Shown piece after piece: positions 13,218-24,839 of a stretch of DNA of 64,000 bases. The stretch covers positions 85,684,001 through 85,748,000 of the forward strand of contig NC_135806.1 in assembly GCF_964213995.1 (NCBI RefSeq). The letters are read 5' to 3'. The stretch is from Mustelus asterias (Eukaryota). How positions within the stretch are numbered: the first letter of the stretch is position 1; every line of letters starts with the position of its first letter. The position numbers were made by a program, and so were the translations under genes. The notes below the pieces were generated by a model, which worked only from the letters and a program-made list of their open reading frames with translations, made no database searches and was not told where the DNA came from.

Positions 13218-14684
13218 AACATAAGAAATAGGAGCAGGAGTAGGCCATCTAGCCCCTCGAGCCTGCCCCGCCATTCAATAAGATCATGGCTGATCTGATA
13301 GTGGTTTAGTTCCACTTACCCGCCTGCTCCCCATAACCCTTAATTCCCTTATTGATCAGAAATCTATCTACCTGTGACTTAAACATATTTAATGAGGTAG
13401 CCTCCACTGCTTCAATGGGCAGAGAATTCCAGAGATTCACTACCCTCTGAGAGAAGAAGTTCCTCCTCAACTCTGTCCTAAACTGACTCCTCCTTATGTT
13501 GAGGCTGTGTCCTCTAGTTCTTGTTTCCTTTCTAAGTGGAAAGAATTTCTCTGCCTCTACCCTGTCTAGCCCCTTCATTATCTTATATGTCTCTATAAGA
13601 TCTCCCCTCAGCCTTCTAAACTCCAACGAGTACAGGCCCAATCTACTCAATCTCTCCTCATAAGCTAACCCCCTCATCTCCGGTATCAACCTGGTGAACC
13701 TTCTCTGTACTCCCTCCAAGGCCAATGCATCCTTCCGCAAATAAGGGGATCAAAATTGCACACTGTACTCCAGTTGCGACCTCACCAATACCTTGCACAA
13801 TTGCAGCAAGACCTCCCTGCTTTTATACTCCATCCCCTTCGCGATAAAGGCCAACATTCCATTTGCCTTCTTGATCACCGGCTGCACCTAAACTGAGTTT
13901 CTGCGATTCATGCACAAGCACTCCCAGGTCCCTCTGCACAGTAGCATGTTGTAATTTTTCACCATTTAAATAATAGTCCATTTTACTATTATTCCTTCCA
14001 AAGTGGATAACCTCACACTTGTCAACGTTATACTCCATCTGCCAGATCCTCGCCCACTCACTTAGCCTATCCAAATCTCTCTGCAGACTTTCCGCATCCT
14101 CCATGTAATTCGCTTTCCCACTCATCTTTGTATCATCCGCAACCTTTGTTACCCTACACTCGGTCCCCTCCTCCAGATCGTCTATGTACATGGTAAACAG
14201 TTGAGGCCCCAGCACCGATCCCTGCAGCACGCCACTAGTCACCAACTGCCAACCAGAAAAGCACCCATTTATTCCAACTCTCTGCTTCCTGTTAGATAGC
14301 CAATCCTCAATCCACGCTAACACTTTACCCCCAATTCCGTGTACCCTAATCTTCTGCAGCAACCTTTTGTGAGGCACCTTATCGAATGCCTTCTGGAAAT
14401 CCAAAAACACCATATCCACCGGTTTCCCTCTGTCAACTGCACTCGTTACATCTTCATAAAAATCCAATAAATTCGTCAAACACGACTTTCCCTTCATGAA
14501 TCCATGCTGCGTCTGCTTGATCGAACCATTTTTTTCCAGGTGTCCTGCTATTTCTTCTTTAATGATGGATTCCAGCAATTTCCCAACTACGGACATTAAG
14601 CTAACCGACCTGTAGTTACCCGCCTTTTGTCTACCTCCTTTTTTAAACAGTGGCATCACATTAACTGTTTTCCAATCAGCCGAA
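13216..14684 (-). mobile_element. Young CR1 LINE, 5'-truncated, inserted in the RPS8 pseudogene
   Basis: Long open RT frames (13823-14680 and 13306-13740); TTAG at both junctions. Confidence 0.95.
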
Positions 14685-14812
14685 TTAGCTTCAAGACCTG
14701 CCAGTGTGGATGAGTTGATGGCTGCATCCTTGAAGGAAAGATGTTGGAATTCTACCCAAGGAAAATCAGAGCAAAATAAACACAGTATTTTAAGGAAAAT
14801 GTGATTAATAAA
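14685..14812 (+). pseudogene. RPS8: RPS8 processed pseudogene, 3' part plus short 3' UTR ending at AATAAA
   Basis: Resumes after the CR1 insertion: LASRP/QCG*VDGCILEGKMLEFYPRKIRAK*, matching RPS8 [36 protein letters not shown] at 14807-14812. Confidence 0.9.
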
Positions 14813-17066
14813 CAATTAACAAGGCAAATGACATGATGTCCTTTATTGCAAGGATATTGGATACAGGAGTAAAGAAGTCTTGCTACAATGTACAGGGTTT
14901 TGTTGGTAACTTGTCTGGAATGCTGTGAGCAGTTTTGGTCTCTACATTTAAGAAGGGATTTACTCACGGAGGTGGCATGGAAAAGGTTCAGTAAATTGTT
15001 TCCTGGGATGAGGTCAGATGCTGAGTAAATTGGTCTTATATTCTCTGGTCTGAAGAATGAGAGGTAATCTCTAAAGGAGCTTGATATGGTAGATGCTGAG
15101 ATTGTTTCTGCTGATTGGGGAGTCTGAAACACAGGGGCACAGTCTCAGGATAAGAAACTAATCATTTAGGACCGAAATTAGGAGATATTACTTCACTCAA
15201 AGTTTAATTTTTTTTGTATTTTCTATTCCAGAAAATTGTGGATACGCTATTGTTGAATACATTTAAAGCAAGAATAGACAAATTTTTGATTTCTCAGCGA
15301 ATCAAGGGCTATGGGGAGTGGTCGGTAAAGTGGAATTAAAGCCCATGATTATATTGAATGGTGCAGCAGGCTATATAGTCTACTCCTGCTTCTATTTCTT
15401 ATGTTCTTGTGTAAAAATATGTAGATAAATTAACTGCTGACTGAGATGACTGGTAGATTGAAAAAGATTGTGATATTTTGTTCTATATGTGTCATTATAA
15501 GTAAACTCTTCTAAGATTTAAAAGATAACACAGATTAAAGAGTAAATTGACTAACTCTCCTTCACATTAGAAGAGAATGCAGTCAGAGCAATAGTGCTAT
15601 ATTGTTGCAGCTGTCATCAACTCATGTTTCTTTCTTTCAAGAAAAGTTTCCCACTGAGGAATGGAGCACCCTATATAACCATATAATAATTCTGATGGTC
15701 CATGTTCATTTGGAAGAAAAAAACACATTTTATGTTGGGATGTTGGTCCCTTTAATAAATAGGTTTCTCTAAGAATTGACGTTTTATAAAGCACCTGACT
15801 GTCAGCAAATGATCATGTGACCAAATTGCCCGTGAGATAAATAATAGAAAAGGGTCAGCAATAAATTAAGTACAGGTGTGGATGTAACTCTGGCCTAAAG
15901 CAGGGTTTTTAGTTTTAGAGCAAGGAATAGCGCTTTCCAGCAGAATTCATTTGAAATTAGAACTTGTGTAGAAGGGTCAATGGACCCGAAACCGTGTTTC
16001 TCGCTCCACAGATACTACCAGACCTTCTGAGTTTCTCCAGCACTTTTTTTTTCCAGATTTCCCACATCTGCAGCATTTTATTTCATTTGAAATTAATTGT
16101 GCTGACTAAAATAGTTTAAACCTCTTGTTAACTGCAAGATGCCTAACAATGAGGTAGGTTTCTAGGATAGCCAAGCTGAGGAGAGGGAGAAAAATTCAGA
16201 TGCAAGACTTCAGGGCTAAAGAATATTACAACCAGGAAAATTCTGATCCAAAGTGACTACACTAAGACAACAATGCTGTTTAACTGGCAGTCTATAAATT
16301 CCAGTTGGAGGTGATTTGAAAGGACAACCTTGGTAGAGGTAAGTGGAAGGGCCAAGCAATCTCAACTTTTATATGAAAATCTTTGAAGCAGTGCCCTGAC
16401 CAAACTTTGATATTTGAACTTTGGGAATGTAAAGCAAGTGGATCGAGAAGGAAATTTAAAATAAGTTTGGTTCAAAAAACATTGTACTTTCAATATCTTC
16501 AATGTTACTGATCATTTAAGATAGAGTATAGTTATGAGTATTCATGTTCTTCCACTTTTGTTTCATAAAATTCTTCTGGTTTCAACCATGAACCTTGTGA
16601 CTTTCTTTTAGAAACTACCTGTGTTTTCAGACTCTAAAAATAAATGAACATATTACTGGTTTCTACTGAAATCATAACACAACCTTGCTAAAGAAGGAAT
16701 GTGAAAATTAATCTTACAAAACAGTGAAAAAAATAAGGCAATGCAGGGTTTGGCCTGATGGGTATTCATAAAGGCGCCAGCAAAGTGAAGACACCAGCAA
16801 AGCCTGATGGTTAAAAGAGCTATCTCTATACTGGGCTTGGGACTGTGGGAGCTGCACAGAACAAGATGTGCAAGCATGGAAGTTGATTGGACAGTGGCTA
16901 TTGCTATGCCTTGAACAGTGATTGAACCTAGACTCCTGTGTACCATTTTTCTGAGAGAATTACAATTCCTGACAGAAGCACAACTCTTCAGCATTTGCAA
17001 CCAAAATGTTCTGTGATTACACGACCAGAAACATGATCAGAGCCAGTAATATCTGTATAAGGAGAG

Positions 17067-17317
17067 ACACAGTAAGAAGTCTAACAACACCAAGTTAAAG
17101 TCCAACAGGTTTATTTGGTAGCAAACGCCGCCAGCTTTCGCAGCGTGCTGCTCCTCTGTCAGGTGGAGTGGGATATCAGATCTCCCACTCCACCTGACGA
17201 AGGAGCAGCAAGCTCCGAAAGCTAGTGGCGTTTGCTACCAAATAAACCTGTTGGGCTTTAACCTGTTGTTAGACTTCTTACTGTGTTTACCCCAGTCCAA
17301 CGCCGGCATCTCCACAT
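17067..17317 (+). mobile_element. Penelope-like fold-back insertion, same family as 11654-11892
   Basis: Inverted arms centred near 17178; 3' extension TTACCCCAGTCCAACGCCGGCATCTCCACAT; probable TSD AAGGAGA. Confidence 0.8.
17190..17228 (+). ncRNA. Minimal type I hammerhead ribozyme motif
   Basis: CCAC-CTGACGA-A-GGAGC-AGCAA-GCTCC-GAAA-GC-TA-GTGG; helix I CCAC/GTGG. Confidence 0.7.
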
Positions 17318-19759
17318 TAAGAAGGAGACTCAGACATTAGCAGCAGTAACCTAGGATCAACCACTGCAGAAGAAGCAGCAAGGCCCAAAGTCTGGTATTC
17401 GGAGGCAATGGAACAAAGTCCATCGGGAGGGAGTCTGATCACTTCCCCTCACCACAGGTAGCATCTCTAAGTCCAAGTCGTGAGTTTGGATATTTTGTGA
17501 AGTTTTGATATCTTTTGAATACATTGTGTATAACAAAGTAGACCAGCAGTTAGTTACTTTGTGTATCACGAAATAAAGTCAGAGGTGTATTAGAAAGTTT
17601 CAATCCTGCTGTACTAAAGTTTTGTAGTAGAGTTTGATACTCTAAAGTTTGGTAATTTGGCAGAGTACAATAAAAGAGATTTGTTGTGCAATAATTCAAG
17701 AGTTTGAATGTCTTTGTCCACACCACTGAGTTTTGAGAGCAACAAGTCATTGCAAAATCAAGCAGAGGTCCCAGCAATTTAAGGTCCAATATTTAAACTG
17801 CATTTAATGAATGTGCTATAAAAATATGATTCTTAGCTTTTCATTAAAATATCAGTTATTGACGTTACTGTTGCAGCTTAGCACCTGCCTTAATCATTAA
17901 ATAATTTTCACCAACATGAATTTAACTATATTGCAGAGCAAAATTAAGGATTTTTCTACTGATAGTGTTGCCAGAATTATTTTACATATGATTTAACATT
18001 TAAAAACAAGTTCAAAATGCATACTGTGTAATGGTAGTCTTCCAGTAAAAGAATGTGTGTGGGTAGCATTTGGTGTAGGCACTGTGGTTATAGTGTCAAG
18101 CTTGAATGTAAAGCTCTTCAGAGTTAATGAGATGTATTTTTACATTCTCTGACAAAACCCTTGAATGTGATGACTGGGACTTGCATAGAAATACAGTTTT
18201 ACTGTTTCCTGCTAATGGACAGATGCGCAACAGCCTACAGTAAATGATGTCAGAGAACATTTGAAGTAAACCCTTTGCCCTTGAATGTCATGCAATTCTG
18301 CAGCAATGCTGTTGATTTTTATAGACATTAGAACTTTTAATTCTACACAATTGGTAGAAACCAGGAGGCCAATTCAGGAATAAATGAATCAATGTCAGTG
18401 CTTGCTGGAACAGGATTATAACACCACTTCATGTGTATTTTGCACAACTCTTAACATTTGTTGTGCTTTTTTTTATCCCCATATTTATTTCTCATTGTTC
18501 ATCAGCCAAACACTTCTCCAATTCCCAAAATTCCAGCCCACTAAATTAATAGCTTTTGCAAGGATTAGGTATCTGGCTAAAATCTCACCATTACCTGATC
18601 TAGCAGGGCATATCGGACAGTGGCCTAAGGACACAAACAGTGCCTTCCTTTCACACTTCGAATGCTCTCCTAATCCTCGACCGGGTAGTCTACACTAATT
18701 TTCTCCCCCACTCTTGCCAATCCTCTGTTGCACATTTGAGCGGAAGAGTTTCAGATTGTTATTCAATTATCCTCGCTCAATATCCACATCTGCATTTTCT
18801 ATGAACATCTTCTGGCCAATGATCGGAAATACGAAATCCCGCCAACTTTTACACCCAGACTTGGGTAGCACCTCGATTGTTGCAGCAGCTAAAGCCAACT
18901 ACTTGCCCTCTTTTTAGGTCAAACCAAATAAACAAACTCAGATTTCACACGGAGAATCCCAATTCTGCACGGATCCGAACCTGACCTTCACCACCTATCA
19001 CAAATTAGCACCCAGCCCCGATTCCAAAAGGCGCAGCTAGTCGCAGCTTTGATCGTCATTTATATAAACGCATCTATGATGCCCCGAAATAGATCGAGGA
19101 CCCTGGATAACGACTAGCAAGCACATTTTTAAAGAAAAATTAACCTTGTGTTTTAAAACCTCTAATGACTTGAAGTTTTTTGCTTCAAGTTAGACTTTTA
19201 AATCTCTGGAAGTTTTAAATAGGATAACAATGCTTTCACATCGTATACAGTACTGGTCCCAAAGCCTATCTCGTTTCTTGTACAACTTTGTTATTTTTAA
19301 CTAATTGATGTCGTACGAAACAGTAATATCACATTGAAAAGTGTTGCAATATTTATATATGGACTGCAAGCAAATCTGATAATGGATTTGTGATAAATAG
19401 CCAATAAATTAACTATTTATTCAGCCAACCGAGGTTTCGAGTGCTCCGTTGACAGATAATGTCTTCATATCAAAACCACTCTTTAAATATTAATCTGTAA
19501 TACTTCAGTACAACTCTCGACTTCTCATTCGTTTTGCCTTTCAAAACTGAAGATCTATCTCCCAAATTAGTGAACCAAGACCAGGATTTGGCACGGTTTT
19601 TAATTTTAATCGGAGGTTTAAATAAAAGAGCAGAAGATTGGCATATTTCTAGCACTGTTGGTACCTGCCCTGCAAACAGCCTGGGATTGCAAGTGTTGCT
19701 TGCAGCGACTGGTCGGATTGACATGTGCTGATCTAAAGTGGAATGAGCTGCAGACGTAC

Positions 19760-19866
19760 CGTCCTAGTTCCGATTCAATATCATAGAAATCTTCCAGGGC
19801 GTCCTTCTTGTTGGAGCCATCGATCCAGTAACCACAGTTCGATGTCGATCGGGCAACTTTCATCAT
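19760..19866 (-). CDS. CAMK4: CAMK4 (Ca2+/calmodulin-dependent protein kinase IV) first coding exon
   Basis: MMKVARSTSNCGYWIDGSNKKDALEDFYDIESELGR matches recalled human YWIDGSNRDALSDFFEVESELGR; phase-2 donor CG|GTACGT; WDR36-CAMK4 order and strand as in human; exon 2 not found in the window. Confidence 0.95.
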
Positions 19867-20461
19867 CCTGGCCGACGGCTGGAATGCACTCTCCAGTGAA
19901 GGCGAGAAGCTGCCGGCAGCGGCAGCAGCAACACAATCCCCAGTCCCCGCCTGTCTACCTCAGTAATCTGCAGCAAGCTGCACTCCCTCAATCATAGCAA
20001 CACAAGAGTGGGGGAGAGCGAGTCCATACGCCCACTGAATGCAAATCTGAACTTCCTTTTCTGTTCTTGAAGTTCCTTTGATTTTTTTAAAAAAAACAAC
20101 GCAAACTCGACAAAAATAATTACTAAAAAGCGGTAAGAAAAGGATGCACAAACTTATTGGGGCTGGAGCTCTGAACGTGCGCCACCGGCCCCTCTCGGGT
20201 TAACTTGCACACTGACGCCTGTCAGTCGAATAACCGCCATACCGTAATGCGGCGAGAAGACGCGCAATTTTACCGCGTTGTTTGTACGTCTCGCCCCGAC
20301 AATTCTTTTGGTGGGAGGAGGAGGTTGAATAAGTTGGCCCTCGCACCTGCTAGGTCGGTGGGGCGGAACAGGGTGTTATTTTTACAAGTTGAGAGGGGGC
20401 CGTTTCGAGCTGCGCTGCCCGTCGAGGGACTTGCCAGTGCGCGCGCGGCTAACGGTCAAGT

Positions 20462-20481
20462 GTTCGAGAATGTTCGAGAGG
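20462..20481. promoter_or_regulatory. Heat-shock element gTTCg-aGAAt-gTTCg-aGAGg
   Basis: Three perfect alternating nGAAn pentamers plus a fourth with one mismatch. Confidence 0.55.
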
Positions 20482-20659
20482 CGCGGGCGGTCCCGTCACG
20501 GACAAGTGCCGGCCCCGCTCCACGTTACCGGCTTCCCGGAGAGGTGTTCAACCTAAAACCCGAATTGTTGTTCTTGTCTTCAATATCATACAAAATACTG
20601 CGTTACCATTCGACTGGTTTGAATCGTTTTCTAAGACCAGTACCCGACATTAAAGCACG

Positions 20660-20784
20660 ATGTGGAGATGCCGGCGTTGGACAGGGGTGGGCACAGTAAG
20701 AAGTCTCACAATACCGGGTTAAAGTTCAACAGGTTTATTTGGAATCACGAGCTTTCGGAGCGCTGCTCCTTCATCAGGTGAGTG
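20660..20784 (-). mobile_element. Penelope-like 3' end (single arm) at the edge of the CAMK4 CpG island
   Basis: Same terminal sequence as the fold-back copies; no inverted partner. Confidence 0.8.
20745..20781 (-). ncRNA. Minimal type I hammerhead ribozyme motif
   Basis: TCAC-CTGATGA-A-GGAGC-AGC-GCTCC-GAAA-GC-TC-GTGA; helix I TCAC/GTGA, C at the cleavage position. Confidence 0.72.
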
Positions 20785-20958
20785 ACATAAAGCAGCAAAA
20801 AGATGCCATTCTGCCCATCCTGCCTCTGCAGCTGTTCTAAAGAATCTAATTCCCCTGCACTTACCACCACCCCCACCCCCCCCCCCCCAGCCGCAAATAA
20901 ACATCGAATTTCGTTTTGAAAGTTACTATTTAACTTGCTTCTGCCACCCTTTTCAGGT

Positions 20959-21865
20959 ATGATGGAATCTGTGATTTAAAGGCATTACATTTTTGAGGTG
21001 GACCTTAATTGAAAAGGACTGAGAAAATAGCGGACCCTTGCAATTGCTATGGAAACTAAATCTGAAAATGAGATTGGAAGCCACAACTCCTGGTTATATA
21101 AAAGAACACACAACCATCAAAGCTCAGTTAATTCCAGTGGTGCAGTACAAACAGGCTGTAGAAGATAGATTCAGAAGCTGTGAATTAGCAAAGATATAGT
21201 TGCTACCACTGTTTCTGTTACTTAAATGTTATATTGGTAGGTCTGCACTATCCAGACTGAGTTGAGAAGGTTCTGCAGACTTTTTTTAGAAGCTTATTTA
21301 TTAGTCACAAGTATTACTTGCATTAACACTGCAATGAAGTTACTGTGAAATTCCCCTAGTCACCACAGTCTGGCACCTGTTGGGGTCAATGCATATAACC
21401 AGTATGTCTTTCAGAATGTGGGAAGAAACTGGATCTCCTGGAGGATTCGATTCTGGCCTTGGGTGAATGTGTAGGGTTTGCACACTCTCCCCTGTCTGCT
21501 TGGATTTCCCTCTGGGTGGTCCAGTTTCCTCCCACAGTCCAAAGATGTGCAGGTTAGGTGAATTGACTAAATTGCCCTCTAGTGTTCAAAAATGTGTACG
21601 TTAGGTGGATTAGCTGTGGGGAATGTGCAGGGATAGGACGGGGGGATTGTGCCTGAGTAAGATGTTCTTTTGGAGAGTCGGTGCAGACTTGATGGGCCAA
21701 ATGGCCTCCTTCTGCACTGTAGGAGATTGATGGTTTTGTGATTCTGTGCAAGTGTTTGCTTTGTTTGACTCTTGTATAATAATTCTTTTGTTTAAACCAT
21801 GGAATCTTGTGGCTTCATTCTTTCTCTCAAAAATAATTTATTGGTCTCTAACCAAGATTGTAACA
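20959..21865 (+). mobile_element. Possible solo LTR inserted in a CR1 fragment
   Basis: Interrupts collinear CR1 sequence (TTTCAGG | GTGCTTTGCAGATC); TATATAAAA near 21095; ends GATTGTAACA; a similar end ATCATAACA at 16679 suggests another at about 15408-16679; no clear TSD. Confidence 0.35.
21290..21732. mobile_element. Two truncated V-SINEs fused back to back
   Basis: Minus-strand variant 21290-21445 joined to a plus-strand HE1-like copy starting at its B box (21446). Confidence 0.7.
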
Positions 21866-23569
21866 GTGCTTTGCAGATCAGAAGAATTACTTGTGCACTT
21901 GTCGTCATCTTCTAGTTATGTTGCCAATTATCTTAAATCCACCTCCTCTGGTACATAAAAATTCTCCTGATATAATCTACAAAAAAACTCTTAATTTTGA
22001 ACACGTCTATTAAAACTCCATTTAACATTCTCAGCCCCAAAGAGAACAATCTAAACTCTTGAGTCTATCCATATTACTGAATTTCTTCATCACTGTTACC
22101 AAAATACCAGATTAAAGAATCTAACTTGAATCGGTTTATTGTATAATCAGCTTTTCAAATATGTATAACATATGTATATTCAACATATACATGTATGACT
22201 ATTTACATAATGTCCGACAAAAAAACTGTATAAACCAAAGAATTAGATCATCAAAAGTTTTGTCAAAAAAGGCAAGTTTTAAAGAGTGTCTTAAAAGAAT
22301 TTAGAGTCGGGGTGTAACTTCAGAGTTAAGGGCTTAGACAACTGGAGAAGACACTGCTGCAGTAGTTTGGTGAAGGAAATCAGGATGCAGAAGAGACCAG
22401 AGCTGGAGAAATGTTGAGATCTTGGGGGGTTGTAGAGCTAGAGAAGGTTGCAGAGACAGAAGTTATGGGTGAATGGGACTTGAAGTGAGTTTTGGATGAG
22501 CTCAAATTTATGGAGGAGAGAACATAGTCAAGTCTGGAGATAACAAACACACAGAATTTGGTTTCGGCAGCAGGTAAATTGGGGCATTGGCAAAGCTGGG
22601 TGTTTTGAAAGAGGGTTAGAATCAAGTAAAACACAAAAGTCATAAACAGCCTGATTCCACCTGAGATAGAGACAGTGATCAGATCTAAAGGATAGAACTT
22701 TAAATATAAAACCAATTTACTCAGGCTGTCAACCCCCTCATCTCAGGGACCAGTTTAGAGAACCTTTTGCTGTTCCATTACAACTATATCCTTTCTTAAA
22801 AGTGGAGATCAAAACTGCACAAGGTATTCCAGATGCGGTCTCACCAAAACCATGTATGGCTAGCAAGAATTCTTTATTCTTGTGCTCCAATCTCCTTGCG
22901 ATAAAGGGCAATATTTATTGCTTGCTGCACTTGCATTCTAACTTTATGCATTCCTTGTACAAACACATTGAAAACTCTTTAAACATCAAGACTTATAAGT
23001 TTCTCACCTTTTAAAAAGCTACATCTTCCAGTCTATTTCACCTGTTGCTTCATCACTCCCATATTGCCATAGAACTTGAAAGCAGTATGATGGATGAATT
23101 GGTGGGGGCTGCCATGATTTGTGTGCGAAATAGATTTAGTGAGGGAGAAGAGTCATGTGGACTAAAATGTTAACTCTGTTTTTCTCTCTCCCATCAAGGT
23201 ACATCTGAATCCAGTAGATGGACAAAGTTGAAATGGCTGGAGATGATTCTGGATGCAGTGGATGACATTTGACCCTTGAGTACCTGACCACACACTTTGC
23301 ACTCCATAATGCTTTGCTTGGTCCCCACTGAATTTGTATTGAACCCTTCTGCCCATTCCAGTGAGTAAGATTTCACGTGGAAAGCTCAGTACATCCTAAT
23401 TCAATGATGGGGCAATACATCAGCTATCCTCAGTTGGATTTCCTGTCTTGCGAGACAATTTGCTAGGGTGTTGCTGCTGTCACATACGAACTACTTGGAA
23501 TCACAAATGTGAGCTGGATGTCGGTGAAGACCAGTGGAAGGTGAAACACTCCAAAGAGTGTGCCAGATC

Positions 23570-24240
23570 CCCCTTTACAGAAGTACAACCCAAACCCTGT
23601 CCTTGAATGTTGTCAAATTAAAACTCAAATGTCAACCCACACGTCAGCCAAATATTCCACCTGCCTTATATACTGCAGGAGTGACTCTGAATATATTGAA
23701 CGCTTTCCATACTTTGGCAGGCTCCTCTCTCTAAAAGCCACCATTGATGAGGGGATTTAAACCAGCTCAGCTGTGCCAGTTTGGCCTTCTACAAACGAGG
23801 GATGCGAGAACTTAACAAATACCTGCAAGTCAGCAAAACCCCGGCATACAGAGCAGTTGTCATCACAGCACTCCTGTACTTATGTATTATTGATAAACTG
23901 TCCAGGTACCACTTAAGAACATGAGAGAAATTCCATCAGCAATGCCGACTTACATCACATCCTCTAGATTCAATGGCAGGGCTGATGAGCAAATGCTAAT
24001 ATCCAGCTTGAAGCCAGATCCACAATCATTCAGACAAAACTGCAAAATCAACTTTGTTGGATGGGCCACTGTGTCCAGATGGCCCCAAACCATCTCCCTC
24101 ACAAATCCTGTTCTTTCAACTCTCCAATCGTCAATATTCTAGGGGAGGACAAAGAAAATGTCTCAAAGACCCCTTCAGTAAATGCTAGAATTGTAACTGC
24201 ACAGCTTGGCTAGAGACATCACCAGTTCTGGAACACAAGT
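23570..24240 (+). mobile_element. RTE-clade LINE fragment (another at about 32290-32620)
   Basis: FPYFG.LLSLKATIDE, WMGH.V.M and GGQRK..KD remnants. Confidence 0.6.
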
Positions 24241-24733
24241 CTTCAGCACTTTTCCTTGGAGCAGAGGAAACTTTGAAGGGGGACATGACTGAGATGCACA
24301 AAATTATGAGGAGCATAGATAGTGGATGGGAAGAAGCTTTCTCCTTGGTGGAAGGATCAATGACTAGGGGGCATAGATTTAAAATAAGGTGCAGAAGGTT
24401 TAGAGGGGATGTGAGGAAATGATTTTTCACCCAAAGGATGATGGGTGTCTGGAACTCATTGCCTGTAAGGCAGACACCCTCGTAACATTTTAGATGTACA
24501 GATGCGATGCCAAGGCATACAAGACTATGGACCAAGTGCTGGAAAATGGGTTTAGAATAGTTAGGTGGTTTGTCTTTGGCTCAGACATGTTTGGCCGAAG
24601 GCCTTTTTTTTCTCTGCTGTATACCTCTGAATCTATAAAGCAAATAACAATGCTTTGTACTTCCCAGTAATTAATTGAAGAGCACTTTCTGCTCCTCTAG
24701 TACTAGATATTAGATAAGTAGCCTGAAAACACA

Positions 24734-24839
24734 GGGGCTGGAATCGTACGGTCGTTCAGGATTTTCTGATCCCGCTGCAGTGAACGGAGATTTGGCTGGA
24801 GCGGTAGTGGGGCATGAACAGCTGGTAAGATCATGCCCC
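24734..24839. mobile_element. Small MITE with Harbinger-like TIRs
   Basis: GGGGCTGGAATCGTAC ... GTAAGATCATGCCCC. Confidence 0.5.

Larger units (their letters stand above)
9135..15407 (+). mobile_element. Old CR1 in three pieces (9135-9307, 12387-12682, 14813-15407) hosting nested insertions
   Basis: Pieces are collinear with CR1 ORF2: ...PRVLKE...NV | TLFKKG...YLDFQKAF...WIED.L.NKKQRV | KAN..M.FIA...tail. Confidence 0.8.
19750..20655 (-). promoter_or_regulatory. CpG island: CAMK4 promoter and 5' UTR
   Basis: CpG-dense non-repetitive stretch around exon 1; GC box GGGGCGG near 20360; CRE half-sites TGACG 20213-20217 and CGTCA 20494-20498; TSS not determinable. Confidence 0.8.

Noticed and set aside
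12693-14812. Functional RPS8 gene or snoRNA host
   Set aside because: No introns, frameshifts, premature stops and a CR1 insertion
13823-14815. 330-aa ORF as an RT fusion protein with a novel N-terminus
   Set aside because: The first 45 or so residues are the antisense reading of the RPS8 pseudogene running by chance into the truncated CR1 frame
1-19759. CAMK4 exon 2 (GATSxVYRC...)
   Set aside because: No matching minus-strand sequence found by eye; probably beyond the window, though a miss cannot be excluded
20205-20699. 164-aa plus-strand ORF in the CpG island as a divergent gene
   Set aside because: Non-ATG start, no recognisable domain, ends inside a Penelope fragment; long ORFs are expected in GC-rich DNA
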